Numbered from the stretch's first letter, positions 22,510 to 32,154 are shown. The stretch is DNA of 64,000 nt from IMGVR_UViG_3300034072_000926:1-64000, one strand, 5' to 3'. Numbers and translations: made by a program. The notes: generated by a model not told the origin, from the letters alone.

Positions 22510-23259
22510 TTAGAGGATAGACAGCCTTGCGACCATGAGCTTTTCCATCAGATCTTTGCTCATAATGACAATGAGACTGTTGTCCTTGATGCGCTTCTCT
22601 GCCGATTTGTCGTTCTCTGCGAGCTTGATGTTCTTCGCGAACACATAGCCCTCATTGTCAATCTTCGTCACCTTGCCGTAATAGATGCCGGCTGAGTTAC
22701 GAGCATTGTCAAAGTTGTAGAGCACATAGGAGATAAAGTCACCAACTTTGATCTCACGATCCAACTTGTCCTTTGGCGCAGGAGCAGCAGGCTTTTCAGT
22801 CCTCTCCCATTTCCAGAACGTGCCTTCCTCTGCGGTGCGATGCGGAAGCCAGTTGATAGCCCAGCCAGCGTTAGCATCTACCTTATTGGTCCTGCCATCC
22901 CACTTAATGAAGCCGTCAAGCATGATACTGCCGAAATGCTCTTCCTTGACGTTCTCTTCCTTAACTTCAATATCCGGTTCATCCTTTGGCGTAGGACTAT
23001 AGATCCAGGTATTGCGGCGGCCCTTCAGAAAAGCCTGGATGCAATCAGGCTTGATGTAAAGCTTGCCTACTGCGCCAATACGACGAGGGTCAGCATTTTG
23101 CTGAAATTCAACGTAGATCGTTTCGCCACGGATATAGCGACGAAGCATCTCTGCCATTTGCTTCTTCCATCCAGAATTATGGACTTGTCCATAATGGCAC
23201 AGGGCAACCTTGTCAGGCAGCATCGGGGGAGGAGTTGGAACCAAGTATGTCTTGCTCAT
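22510..23259 (-). CDS. hypothetical protein (tandem paralogue)
   Basis: Shares RRIGxVGxL, WDGRxNK, AEEGTxWxW, ExGxF motifs with 23259..23960. Confidence 0.8.
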   Translation of the reverse strand: MSKTYLVPTPPPMLPDKVALCHYGQVHNSGWKKQMAEMLRRYIRGETIYVEFQQNADPRRIGAVGKLYIKPDCIQAFLKGRRNTWIYSPTPKDEPDIEVKEENVKEEHFGSIMLDGFIKWDGRTNKVDANAGWAINWLPHRTAEEGTFWKWERTEKPAAPAPKDKLDREIKVGDFISYVLYNFDNARNSAGIYYGKVTKIDNEGYVFAKNIKLAENDKSAEKRIKDNSLIVIMSKDLMEKLMVARLSIL

Positions 23260-23960
23260 TAGTCTGCACTCAACCTTGCCATCATGAGACGGCTCATCAA
23301 TTTGTCATTACAGATCACAACATCGTCCATGTCGTGCGCGCGGAGTTCTTCGCTCTTGCCGTCATCATCGCGAAGTTTCAGAGTCTTAACGAACACGCCG
23401 CCTTTTTTCGTGAAGCGAGTCACATTACCAAACTTCATAGAAGTTACGCCATACTTGCGATGGACGAAACAAACGAATTGGCCAACTTCTAGCTGTTGTC
23501 CTAGGTGATCATATGCAATAACAGCAGGCTCAGATTCCTTGGTTGCACCCTTGGTCCAATTCCAGATCGTGCCTTCTTCCGCTGGCCAGTCAGGGAGAAC
23601 TTCAATCTCGTTAGCATAAGGACTGCACTTGTTCTTGCGACCATCCCACACAACTTCGATGTCTCGGATATAGAGATAGTCCTTATTGGCACCATACCAG
23701 CTATTGGTTGTCGAAGCTGGTCTATAATCGAAGGTTACCTTAGATAGACGTCCGACAGAACCAATGCGACGATCATCTAGGATCTGAACATATACCGGTT
23801 CATCGTGGGCAAGTTTGCGTTCGATTTCAGCGATGAAGTTCTTCGTCTTAACGCGCTTCGAAGCATCAACATATTCACCCCATCGGGAATTGCCCAGCTT
23901 GATTCCACCATCATAGAACAGAAGTTCTTCGGCTTCAGGAGTTTCGTTTTCTTCTGACAT
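23259..23960 (-). CDS. hypothetical protein (tandem paralogue)
   Basis: As above. Confidence 0.8.
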   Translation of the reverse strand: MSEENETPEAEELLFYDGGIKLGNSRWGEYVDASKRVKTKNFIAEIERKLAHDEPVYVQILDDRRIGSVGRLSKVTFDYRPASTTNSWYGANKDYLYIRDIEVVWDGRKNKCSPYANEIEVLPDWPAEEGTIWNWTKGATKESEPAVIAYDHLGQQLEVGQFVCFVHRKYGVTSMKFGNVTRFTKKGGVFVKTLKLRDDDGKSEELRAHDMDDVVICNDKLMSRLMMARLSAD

Positions 23961-24046
23961 TATGCCTCACCAGTTTATTCGATCTGGCTCGGCACATATG
24001 AGTGGAGCATCCTTTTTCTACAAGGACGCTCGTCTAGTTGTCTATA

Positions 24047-24685
24047 TTATTCAGTAACTGTTGCAGTGTGGATAGCTTCAATGAGCTCCATCTGACTGGT
24101 CAGCACATGCTTGATGTTCTCGTATGCGTTGACCTGATGACTGAACAGTCGGCGGGCTTTCTTCAGCATCGGAAGGAAGAGGTCGTGGACCTCTTGGATA
24201 TACTTCTTCTGCTTCTCGATCGTGAACACGCCGACCATCGTTTGCAGATTGTGCATCCGATCGCAACCCTTTGCAATGCTGGCGATGGGGCAATGTGCCA
24301 TGTCCTCGAACAGTTGGACTTCGTCGCGCTTTTCGCCGCGGAACTCTTTTGTCATGTTCCAGACCGCGCCGGCAACTTCCTGTGCGAACACGGGATCATC
24401 GAAGAAGATGGCGAGGATTTCGCTATCCGCGACACCATAGTCTTCGCGGACATCGTGGAGTAGGATGGTTGCAATAACCTGCTGACGATACATCAAGTCC
24501 GGCAGCGTCATCGCATACAGTGCGATTTCGATCTGATGTTGGAACTCGGGAGTAACACCGTCCTTGCGGGTCCCAGTGTGATACTTCATCGCAAATTCGA
24601 GGGCTGCGAGAGCGTGATGAAAACGAGCACCGATCAGCTGATTGCGGAGCGTCAGCAGCTTCTTCTGGAACTTGTTCATTGTCAC
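24047..24685 (-). CDS. HD-domain (p)ppGpp hydrolase-like (SpoT/Mesh1-type small alarmone hydrolase)
   Basis: HTGTRKDG.TP...H...ILLHDVRED...KGCDRMHNL. Confidence 0.85.
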   Translation of the reverse strand: MTMNKFQKKLLTLRNQLIGARFHHALAALEFAMKYHTGTRKDGVTPEFQHQIEIALYAMTLPDLMYRQQVIATILLHDVREDYGVADSEILAIFFDDPVFAQEVAGAVWNMTKEFRGEKRDEVQLFEDMAHCPIASIAKGCDRMHNLQTMVGVFTIEKQKKYIQEVHDLFLPMLKKARRLFSHQVNAYENIKHVLTSQMELIEAIHTATVTE

Positions 24686-24739
24686 CTCCGTGTTTGCCTA
24701 TGTCGTAATGAAACATAGGTTACACCAGGTGTCAACCTT

Positions 24740-25183
24740 TTATAGGTAGGAGATTATGAAGAGATATCCATTACCTTCAATCATATGTCCAGAGATCTGA
24801 CGAGCGCCTGGACAGGCTGCAAGGATTTCATGATTGTATTGGTTGCGAGTCTTGCCCATAAAGGGAGGAGGAACTATCATGTGAATAACCCCTTGTCGAC
24901 CAAATTTGATCTCAGATGGTGCTGGACTCAAAGATGTGAGATTGTCGTATAGAGTCCCCAGAGACAGCCCTGTGAGAAAGGGACGCTCTAGGTCTTCCTC
25001 GCTTACGTTGGTAGGGGTAGTGATGCGCGAGCGGGGCGCTACGGGCAATTTAGAGCGAAGATTATCAAGACGGGACTGAGCAACACTACGGACGGTGTCC
25101 TCAGTGCTAGGATGAGCAATTAGCTCTTCGAGTTTCTGAATCGTTGTCCTATTGTCTTCAAAGAGATATTCACGAGCTCGCAC
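24740..25183 (-). CDS. late hypothetical protein MRAREYLFE...
   Basis: GTG start, CTAAATA upstream. Confidence 0.65.
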   Translation of the reverse strand: MRAREYLFEDNRTTIQKLEELIAHPSTEDTVRSVAQSRLDNLRSKLPVAPRSRITTPTNVSEEDLERPFLTGLSLGTLYDNLTSLSPAPSEIKFGRQGVIHMIVPPPFMGKTRNQYNHEILAACPGARQISGHMIEGNGYLFIISYL

Positions 25184-25215
25184 GTTACACCTTGTGTAGA
25201 ATTAACCACACATAT

Positions 25216-25407
25216 TTAGCCCATGAAATAAACTGTTCCGAAGATGACAGCCACCGGCAAAGCGAGGATCAAAGCTGCGACGAAGATCACGATAATGACA
25301 TCGAGGATATTCATCGCCGGATCATCGAAGTAGATGTCCCGAGGAGGTTGAGGGAGATCCCCAAAGAGAATCTCACCCCATTCCTTAAAGGCTTGCCCGA
25401 AGCCCAT
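25216..25407 (-). CDS. small membrane protein
   Basis: Hydrophobic C-terminal helix. Confidence 0.6.
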   Translation of the reverse strand: MGFGQAFKEWGEILFGDLPQPPRDIYFDDPAMNILDVIIVIFVAALILALPVAVIFGTVYFMG

Positions 25408-25862
25408 TAGTCTTCGTCAGACTCTTCCTCGTCATCGAGACGATTGAGTTCATCATCGAGATCGCCGTTATCGATACACTGGTCGATGGCCTGGTCGATG
25501 ATACCGAGATCATGCGAATACCAGCCCTGGCGGTTGAAGAAATCGACAATCTGATCTAGATCAGTGATCTCTTCAACGGCTACATTGGACCAGAAGTCCA
25601 GCTGGACTTCACTATGCTTGCCGGCGAAGTCCGAATAATGAGCCGAAAGACCCGAAAGGGCATTGTATTTCTTGGCCCAATCATCCTTATGGAAGATCTG
25701 ACAGTCTTCGATTTCGGCCACTCGGCCATATCGGAAACCAATCTTGACCAACACATGGTCTTTGAAGCGGAAGAGATTCCGCTGGGCATCGACTTCGTCC
25801 CAGGTCATTGCAAGGACGCCGGCGACTACGATTCCTTTTTCTGTGATTCCAATATCAGCCAT
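25407..25862 (-). CDS. hypothetical protein
   Basis: GGAGG RBS before MADIG. Confidence 0.7.
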   Translation of the reverse strand: MADIGITEKGIVVAGVLAMTWDEVDAQRNLFRFKDHVLVKIGFRYGRVAEIEDCQIFHKDDWAKKYNALSGLSAHYSDFAGKHSEVQLDFWSNVAVEEITDLDQIVDFFNRQGWYSHDLGIIDQAIDQCIDNGDLDDELNRLDDEEESDED

Positions 25863-27555
25863 CGACTGCCTCCTTGAGAGTTTCCAGATCCAGGACGGTG
25901 ACCTTGAGGGTGCCCTGGTATGCAAGTTTGAACATGAGCGCTGCGTTCTTATTTGCGAAGCTCACTGCCATGGAACGATAGTCGACCGCTTTCTTGAAGG
26001 TGCCGCGCTTCAGTCCGAGGCTCGCGATAGCATCCTCAATAAGCTTCTTCTCACCATCATTGATCGCGGTAGTGTCGCCGTGGTAGCCAACATCATCGAG
26101 CTTGTCTTCGTTGGTTTCCGTGAAGACGACCATGCCCTTCTGGCTATCGAGAAGCTTTGCTTTCTCAAGTGCCTTGTAGACAGTGCGGACACTCGAACCA
26201 AATTGAACGGTCAGTTCACGCAATTCCCAGCTACGCTTGAACCATTCCTGGAAATCTTCGACCGGGCCGATTTCCTTGCGACCCAGCTTATCGAACTTGA
26301 CCATTTCCCAGTCGTCAGTGACCTCAAAGGTCTTTCCACCGCCGCCCCATTCAGGCAGGGATTCGTCGGCGCCTGGCAGATTTTCATAATAGCCAGTGAT
26401 CATGAGAACGCTGGTCTTGGCTTTACCCAAGTTGTCCCACTTCTTGCCCTTCATGAAAGTGTCGGCCATATCCTGCGCGTCAACGCTGAAATCGCGATCA
26501 CTGTTTGACGAGAAGCGATAGTTACCCTCGTCGTAGTTGGGGCCGACATAATACTTGCCAGTCGGCTTATGGCGAAGGACCCAGACATCAACTGTCGGAA
26601 TACTTTCCGCCTCGATGAAGTCCTTGATCATGCTGTATTCCAGGCCAATGGGCCTGGTGTCGATGCCTTCACGCAGAACTGGAGCCACGTTTCCGTAACG
26701 CTCGCCCTGCCAGCCATTCGGTTGGAAATAGCTCAGGAACTTACCAGTGACCTCGAGAATCGTTCCGGCTGGAAGGTTGACATAGAGCTTCGGGATATAT
26801 TCGCCGAGGTCCTTATTAGTCTGAGCACGAAATGCTTCGCGAGCCTTATACCATTCCGAGTGGGCACCTTGCGGCACATTCGCCCCATGACCGGGATGCG
26901 GGTTAGCCTTGTCATAAGCATTGATTGCTGCATGATATGCAGGATTGGCCGCGCCATACATGATGTCGAGGTCTTGTGTGACCTTCCAGCGACTTCCAGT
27001 GACCATCTGCTGACGAATGTTCACCTTCGGCTGCTTCTTGCGCGCTTCCGGCTTTTCGACCAGCTGAACGTTCTTCGCGAACGTTGCTTTATCGTTCTTC
27101 GACCAGAAGACAATCACATCATCAGGAGTGTATCGGGATTCACCCAGCTTGGTATATTCCTGGCGAACTTGTTCATGTGCGACGGAATCAGCTTTCCAAG
27201 CCTTTTCCCAGTCAGCTTCACGCTCGGGAATGAGTTCCATGCGATCATACGCCTCGTAGGTATATGAACCGCCACGCCCGTTCGGAACGGTCCGAGCAGG
27301 GTAATGGACTTTGTGACGGAAGGACTGATCGATCGCCTCGAACTGCGACCTCAAGTCATTAAGACGACGTTCACGTTCGTCCTTCTCAGCTTGGGTCAGC
27401 TTGTCATCCGCGTTCGGAAGTGCGGTGCTGCTGATTTCGACAACAACTTCCTTACCAGTTTTGTCGTCTTTACTATTCCAGCGCCTGATCAGTTCAGTTC
27501 CCTTTGGCACCTTCATGTAAAGCCCCTTCTGAAACGGGCTTGCCTTGAGTTCCAT
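25855..27555 (-). CDS. large hypothetical protein ending in AALMFKLAY motif
   Basis: GGAGG RBS before MELKAS; own TTGCAA promoter. Confidence 0.8.
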   Translation of the reverse strand: MELKASPFQKGLYMKVPKGTELIRRWNSKDDKTGKEVVVEISSTALPNADDKLTQAEKDERERRLNDLRSQFEAIDQSFRHKVHYPARTVPNGRGGSYTYEAYDRMELIPEREADWEKAWKADSVAHEQVRQEYTKLGESRYTPDDVIVFWSKNDKATFAKNVQLVEKPEARKKQPKVNIRQQMVTGSRWKVTQDLDIMYGAANPAYHAAINAYDKANPHPGHGANVPQGAHSEWYKAREAFRAQTNKDLGEYIPKLYVNLPAGTILEVTGKFLSYFQPNGWQGERYGNVAPVLREGIDTRPIGLEYSMIKDFIEAESIPTVDVWVLRHKPTGKYYVGPNYDEGNYRFSSNSDRDFSVDAQDMADTFMKGKKWDNLGKAKTSVLMITGYYENLPGADESLPEWGGGGKTFEVTDDWEMVKFDKLGRKEIGPVEDFQEWFKRSWELRELTVQFGSSVRTVYKALEKAKLLDSQKGMVVFTETNEDKLDDVGYHGDTTAINDGEKKLIEDAIASLGLKRGTFKKAVDYRSMAVSFANKNAALMFKLAYQGTLKVTVLDLETLKEAVDG

Positions 27556-27611
27556 AAGTCCTCCTAAGATTACCCGAGGACTATAAAGAGTTCCTACCAT
27601 GTTGCAAGCAG

Positions 27612-27788
27612 AAAAAGAGCCCCGATCTGTTTCCAGACCGGGGCCAAGAAGCGGGAGCAAGCTCAACCGCTACAGGAGATACTCAGGCTATTGTCACCCG
27701 CTATTTTCGGCAGGTTCGGGTCTTTCCACCCATCCCCTAGAAGCTTTTCGGCCTCGTTCCCTATCGTTGCGCGTTATCGTCGCCACAC
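27612..27788 (-). ncRNA. candidate stand-alone sRNA
   Basis: Promoter TTGACT at 27815-27820; ends in terminator GCCCCGGTCTG-GAAA-CAGATCGGGGC-TCTTTTT; no RBS-led ORF. Confidence 0.5.
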
Positions 27789-27833
27789 CACCTTTGTAAC
27801 ATAGCCAAAGATAGAGTCAACCACTATTTTGAA

Positions 27834-28022
27834 TTAATCTAGTGTGTGGCGAGAAATTCCTGCGAGGTGGATCATAACCGCGTTGGTCCCCTCATCAGTC
27901 GCACTCAGTTCCCTTGGAGTTCCACCAAGAGTAGCAGAGGTATGGTCAATCCAATCAAGGGCACGAGCTTCATCACCCAAAATATCAGTCGCCTTGTCGA
28001 TAATCTTTTCTAAGTTGGTCAT
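27834..28022 (-). CDS. Xre/MbcA/ParS antitoxin C-terminal-like (DUF2384) solo protein
   Basis: ATDILGDEARALDWI......LGG.TPREL..TDEG...V...L..I. Confidence 0.6.
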   Translation of the reverse strand: MTNLEKIIDKATDILGDEARALDWIDHTSATLGGTPRELSATDEGTNAVMIHLAGISRHTLD

Positions 28023-28026
28023 CAAT

Positions 28027-28521
28027 TCACTCCACGTGAAGTTCAAAAGTCTTAACCATCTTAGCATAATTGTCCACATCGCCGCACTTAAAAAGCGCAA
28101 GTCTGGAGATTGTGTAATGACCGGGAATGAGGTTCTTTGGGACAGTGAAAGCCTGAGATAGGAGTTCAGTTTTATCACCTGCATAGAATGTGCCGTCATC
28201 TGAGTTCCACATTACACTCTTACCTTCTGCGAGATTCAGAACCCAACGCCAACTTGTCTTCACATAGCAAGGTTTTCCCTCTATCCTCTGGATCATCATA
28301 TTATAGAATAGCTGCTGGTCGCGGCTTGCAACAGTGACCGCGTCACCGAATGGTGTTGCGGAAACAGAGGTACTTGAAATCGTTGCCGTTGCATCAGTGT
28401 CTCGATCGTTCTGAACTGAGTCACCGGCACTCTTGATGATCAGACCGATGAGCATGAATACGCAGGTAAAAACGAGAATGATGCCGCCGATCTTAGCGGA
28501 TGTTTGAAGATACTTAGACAT
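28027..28521 (-). CDS. membrane-anchored hypothetical protein
   Basis: N-terminal TM helix. Confidence 0.65.
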   Translation of the reverse strand: MSKYLQTSAKIGGIILVFTCVFMLIGLIIKSAGDSVQNDRDTDATATISSTSVSATPFGDAVTVASRDQQLFYNMMIQRIEGKPCYVKTSWRWVLNLAEGKSVMWNSDDGTFYAGDKTELLSQAFTVPKNLIPGHYTISRLALFKCGDVDNYAKMVKTFELHVE

Positions 28522-28542
28522 TTGAGGAACTCCACAGACAAG

Positions 28543-28578
28543 AACGGCCCGAGGTATTTACCAACGGGCCGCTTTTTC
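28543..28578. terminator. intrinsic terminator
   Basis: CGGCCCG...CGGGCCG stem flanked by T/A tracts. Confidence 0.6.
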
Positions 28579-28596
28579 TCTTGTCTTGTAAAGCCC

Positions 28597-29052
28597 TTAG
28601 GGGACCATACAGAATGCCTGCAGGACGCCGAAGACCAGACCCATGCCGCCGATGAACGTGCCGCTTGCCACACAGTTTTCCTCGATGCGCTTCTCGATAC
28701 CCGAGAACAGTTTGGCGAGGATGAAGAACACGACCAGCTGGACGACCGCAGCAACGACACTCCAGAGCAGCATGTCGAGCATACTGACCGAGTGACTGAT
28801 GACCACACCCATCGGGATTGCGAAGCCCAGGAGGGTTCCGACCAGCTGGACAGCCGCTGCATTGTTGCCGGCTTTGATCAGCGTGAATTCCTTATGGGGC
28901 GTGATTGCCACATAGAGGATCAGGAAGATCACGGCCAGGACGATCGAGGCGCCGAAGTAGGCCAGGAAGTGAGGAAGTGCATCGCCGAAATAAGCCATCG
29001 TGGCCTTCGTAATTTCGCCGGGTGCAGGCGGGGCAGGAACATGAACAGTCAT
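28597..29052 (-). CDS. DUF350 membrane protein (YjfL-like)
   Basis: Four TM segments, ITPHKEFTLIKAGNNAAAV motif. Confidence 0.85.
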   Translation of the reverse strand: MTVHVPAPPAPGEITKATMAYFGDALPHFLAYFGASIVLAVIFLILYVAITPHKEFTLIKAGNNAAAVQLVGTLLGFAIPMGVVISHSVSMLDMLLWSVVAAVVQLVVFFILAKLFSGIEKRIEENCVASGTFIGGMGLVFGVLQAFCMVP

Positions 29053-29061
29053 ACGATCTCC

Positions 29062-30243
29062 TTACGATTCGGGCAGGAAGTAGTGAGGAATGAAGTGGGA
29101 CAGGTTACCTGTGACCTCACTCACATCCTCGCGGATGCCCATACCCGAGGGGCGACCGCCGACAATCCAGCTGCCGAGGATCGGGGTCATGCCGTCGAAC
29201 TTCTGCAGTGGAAGGTATTCTTGGAAAATCGAAGCCGCGAGATTGTCATAGCCACGGCTTACACCCTCGGCTGCAACCTTGCCATCGCGAATGATCTTCA
29301 CGTCAGCCCCTTCGCGGGCCAGCATAGGCTTTTCCACGTAGGTGCCACCGAGGGGTGCGCTGCTCCAGTAGCTGGGCAGCAGGTTTTCGTGACCCTCATA
29401 GAGCTCCCAGAGGATCGGAAGGATGCCCTTGTTCGAGAGAATCAGCTTCCAGGCCGGCTCGATAACGTCCCAGGGCTCCTTGATCATATTCAGGCCGAAC
29501 TCTTCGCGGATCAGCCATTCCCAGGGATAGAGCTTGAAGATCGTATTGATCGGCTTCTCATCCAGATCAGTGAACGTCCGGCCGTTCCAGCCGATGTCTT
29601 CGATGTTGATGTATTTGGTGCTCAGACCGGCCTGATGGGCGCAATCCCGGAGATATTCAGCGGTGCCGAAGTCTTCAGCATTTTCGGCGACGGCTGCGAA
29701 ATACATGGTTTCGCTTGGGCCGAGCAAAGCAGTGCCGACGTCCTTCATGACTTCGATCATGCGCTCATGGATGCTGTTGAACTGGTCCAGGGACTGTCCC
29801 GAACGCTTCGCATAGTCCTCCATCCAGAGCCACTGAGCGACGCTGGCTTCGAGCAGCGAGGTCGGAGTGTCAGCGTTGAATTCCAGCATCTTCGGCGTGC
29901 CATTTGCGTCGAACGCGAAGTCGAAACGGCCGTAGAGGTCGATGTCCTGACGATCCCAGGACTTCTTGATCAGGTCGTGATATTCGGACGGGATAGCGAG
30001 CTTGCTCAGCATGGGAGAGCCCTGCTCGATCACATGCTGGACAGCGGAGAGACACATGCGATACAGATTGGCGCTTGCGTCTTCGACCTTCTCGATTTCA
30101 CCTTCCGTGAATTCGTAGGCCACGCTCTCGTCCCAATACTTGGGATCCTGACCAGGCTCGGTCGCGAGGGTGTGCCAGTTGAAACCGATTTTCTCGCACT
30201 GTGCCTGCCAGTCCGGACGGGCCTCGATCTGAATACGCTTCAT
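29062..30243 (-). CDS. glutathionylspermidine synthase-like ATP-grasp protein (YgiC/YjfC family)
   Basis: YWDESVAY, LYGRFDF, LEFNADTPTSLLEAS, FKLYPWEW, SNKGILPILW, KP...REG. Confidence 0.92.
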   Translation of the reverse strand: MKRIQIEARPDWQAQCEKIGFNWHTLATEPGQDPKYWDESVAYEFTEGEIEKVEDASANLYRMCLSAVQHVIEQGSPMLSKLAIPSEYHDLIKKSWDRQDIDLYGRFDFAFDANGTPKMLEFNADTPTSLLEASVAQWLWMEDYAKRSGQSLDQFNSIHERMIEVMKDVGTALLGPSETMYFAAVAENAEDFGTAEYLRDCAHQAGLSTKYINIEDIGWNGRTFTDLDEKPINTIFKLYPWEWLIREEFGLNMIKEPWDVIEPAWKLILSNKGILPILWELYEGHENLLPSYWSSAPLGGTYVEKPMLAREGADVKIIRDGKVAAEGVSRGYDNLAASIFQEYLPLQKFDGMTPILGSWIVGGRPSGMGIREDVSEVTGNLSHFIPHYFLPES

Positions 30244-30304
30244 GTAAACTCCTGTTTCTGTTGTTCTGGACACTACAGCCTAAACAGCTCTAGTCAACCA
30301 CAAT

Positions 30305-30787
30305 CTAGCTGTTCTGTCCATTTGCTGGCATAGTCACAATAGCCCCGACCGTGTAGAAATCATCATAGGAGCCAGGGATACGACAGGTGATCTTATATTT
30401 CTTGCCGACCGGCGTAGCGAGGATCCACGTTATGGCGCTCTCGTCTTTAACGGTCTTAGTCACTTGGGCAACTATCAAAGGCACCGAACCCTTGCAAGCT
30501 GCGTCAGTGTTGACCTGTTCATATTCCGCGCCCGGAGTCACAAGGACTTCAACGGTATTAGTCTTGTAGATGACTTGCGGCGGCTTAACGTATTTGGTGT
30601 GGACTATCTTATTGATATGTTCAGTCCTTGTTATTGGAAGGGCACGTGAAATCACAATACCGAGTCCAATAACAGAACTAATAGCCAGTCCAGTCGTGGC
30701 AACTAGAGCAAAGCTTCGGTCAGACTTGGGATAGAAGATATAGCTAAGGACGAGGATTGCTACCCCTAGCGATATATACATCCACAT
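30305..30787 (-). CDS. membrane hypothetical protein
   Basis: Two N-terminal TM helices. Confidence 0.65.
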   Translation of the reverse strand: MWMYISLGVAILVLSYIFYPKSDRSFALVATTGLAISSVIGLGIVISRALPITRTEHINKIVHTKYVKPPQVIYKTNTVEVLVTPGAEYEQVNTDAACKGSVPLIVAQVTKTVKDESAITWILATPVGKKYKITCRIPGSYDDFYTVGAIVTMPANGQNS

Positions 30788-30796
30788 GACGAAACC

Positions 30797-31318
30797 TTAC
30801 TTGACTGGTGCAGGGGCCGGAACAGGCGCAGGTGTCGGAGCAGGCACTGGCGCATTTTCCGTAGGTGCCGGCTGCACAGGTGCAGGAACAGGGACCGGGG
30901 CAGGAGTCTGCGGGGCCGGCTCATCTTCCTTGTATGCCGGGCTAATGCCGAGCGGATTCAGGCCGAGACGCTGACTGAATTCCTGGAGCGTAATGCCCTC
31001 CATCCAGATTACACAGTCGTCCTTCGAATTCATGTAATATATCGTCTGCGAGCCATATGTCGTAACATTACTGCTCTCAACGAACACGCGAACGCCAGAT
31101 TGTGCTGCGGTCGGAGTGAGGAATCGGGCGCGCAGATCACCTGTGAGTTCATATGTGCCACGGTTCACACCGATTTCATTTGTAGGAAGACAGCGATATG
31201 CCTGTTCACCTACACCGATTGCCTTGACATCGATGCGCTGCTGTTCCGGATTTGCGGGCTCTGCGCAAGCGGACAGTAGAAGTCCGCTTGCGAGCACCGA
31301 GAGGGAAAGTAGCCGCAT
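30797..31318 (-). CDS. lipoprotein with Pro/Ala-rich tail
   Basis: LLLSAC lipobox; PAPVP repeats. Confidence 0.75.
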   Translation of the reverse strand: MRLLSLSVLASGLLLSACAEPANPEQQRIDVKAIGVGEQAYRCLPTNEIGVNRGTYELTGDLRARFLTPTAAQSGVRVFVESSNVTTYGSQTIYYMNSKDDCVIWMEGITLQEFSQRLGLNPLGISPAYKEDEPAPQTPAPVPVPAPVQPAPTENAPVPAPTPAPVPAPAPVK

Positions 31319-32088
31319 TAGCCGCCGAAGCCACCGCCGAAGGAACGACCCGAACCGCCGAAGCCGCCACGCGAGCTGAACGAGCTGCTGCCCGAATAGC
31401 TCTTGGCCGACGAGTAGGAACGACCGCTCGAATAGCTGGAACCCGACGAGAAGGTCGACCGACCGAAGCTGCTGGGGTTCTTCGCCGCATAGCTGGACTT
31501 GAACGAGGTCGACGGCTTGAACGAGCTACCGAAGCCACCGCGCATCGAAGCCGGCGGCGTCATTGCGGTCGAGCTCTTCAGATTGCCCTTGGTCGAGATC
31601 GACGACTTGCTCGAATACGGAGCAGTGCCGATGGGTGCGCGGCTGGAATAACCGCGACCGCTCGAATAGATCGGAGCAGCATAGCCGGCGCCACGACGTT
31701 CACGTTCGCGATAGCTGCCCGGGCCATAATAGAGAGGAGCCGGCGTCGACATTGCGCTGCCGAGCAGATAACCCATCATTGCCGGAACGAAAATATTGCT
31801 GGCGCCGCCATATTCCGAAGCGGGGCGACACATGTCTGCGCCGAACTGGGCGACACAGCTTGCACGGTCGTTGAACTTGGGCGCATTCTGGACATGTTCC
31901 TGACGAGCCAGCTTGTCGGCTGCATCGCAGGTTTCCTGGTCATATACAGCGACGCATTCCGCCTTGTTTGCGAAAGTGCCACCGTTGTCGGGCTTGCTAT
32001 CGGCCGGTGCTTCACCACATGCCGAAAGAGCAGCCATTGCGCTTACACTGGCCATCAGGACCAGCGATACGCTCGCGCTACGCTTCAT
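31318..32088 (-). CDS. DUF1190 lipoprotein (YgiB/YjfM-like) with Gly/Ser-rich tail
   Basis: LSAC lipobox; P+F..RA.C.AQFG...C; FVPAMMGYLLG; RGGFGGS tail. Confidence 0.85.
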   Translation of the reverse strand: MKRSASVSLVLMASVSAMAALSACGEAPADSKPDNGGTFANKAECVAVYDQETCDAADKLARQEHVQNAPKFNDRASCVAQFGADMCRPASEYGGASNIFVPAMMGYLLGSAMSTPAPLYYGPGSYRERERRGAGYAAPIYSSGRGYSSRAPIGTAPYSSKSSISTKGNLKSSTAMTPPASMRGGFGSSFKPSTSFKSSYAAKNPSSFGRSTFSSGSSYSSGRSYSSAKSYSGSSSFSSRGGFGGSGRSFGGGFGG

Positions 32089-32154
32089 TTAATCTACCTT
32101 CCCTCTCAGTTGAGCTACTTGAGGAATTCCTTTTGCTGGGCTTTGGGTAGATTG

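Noticed and set aside
25855-27666. ORF-track starts upstream of true starts (also 10501, 18814, 39232, 56783)
   Set aside because: Extensions run through promoters or terminators; downstream RBS-led or leaderless ATGs were used instead.
28504-30333. 609-aa plus-strand ORF
   Set aside because: Antisense to the clearly recognisable DUF350 and Gsp-synthase genes; spans both, so a shadow frame.
31318-31700. Low-complexity Gly/Ser repeats
   Set aside because: Normal disordered tail of DUF1190 family proteins.
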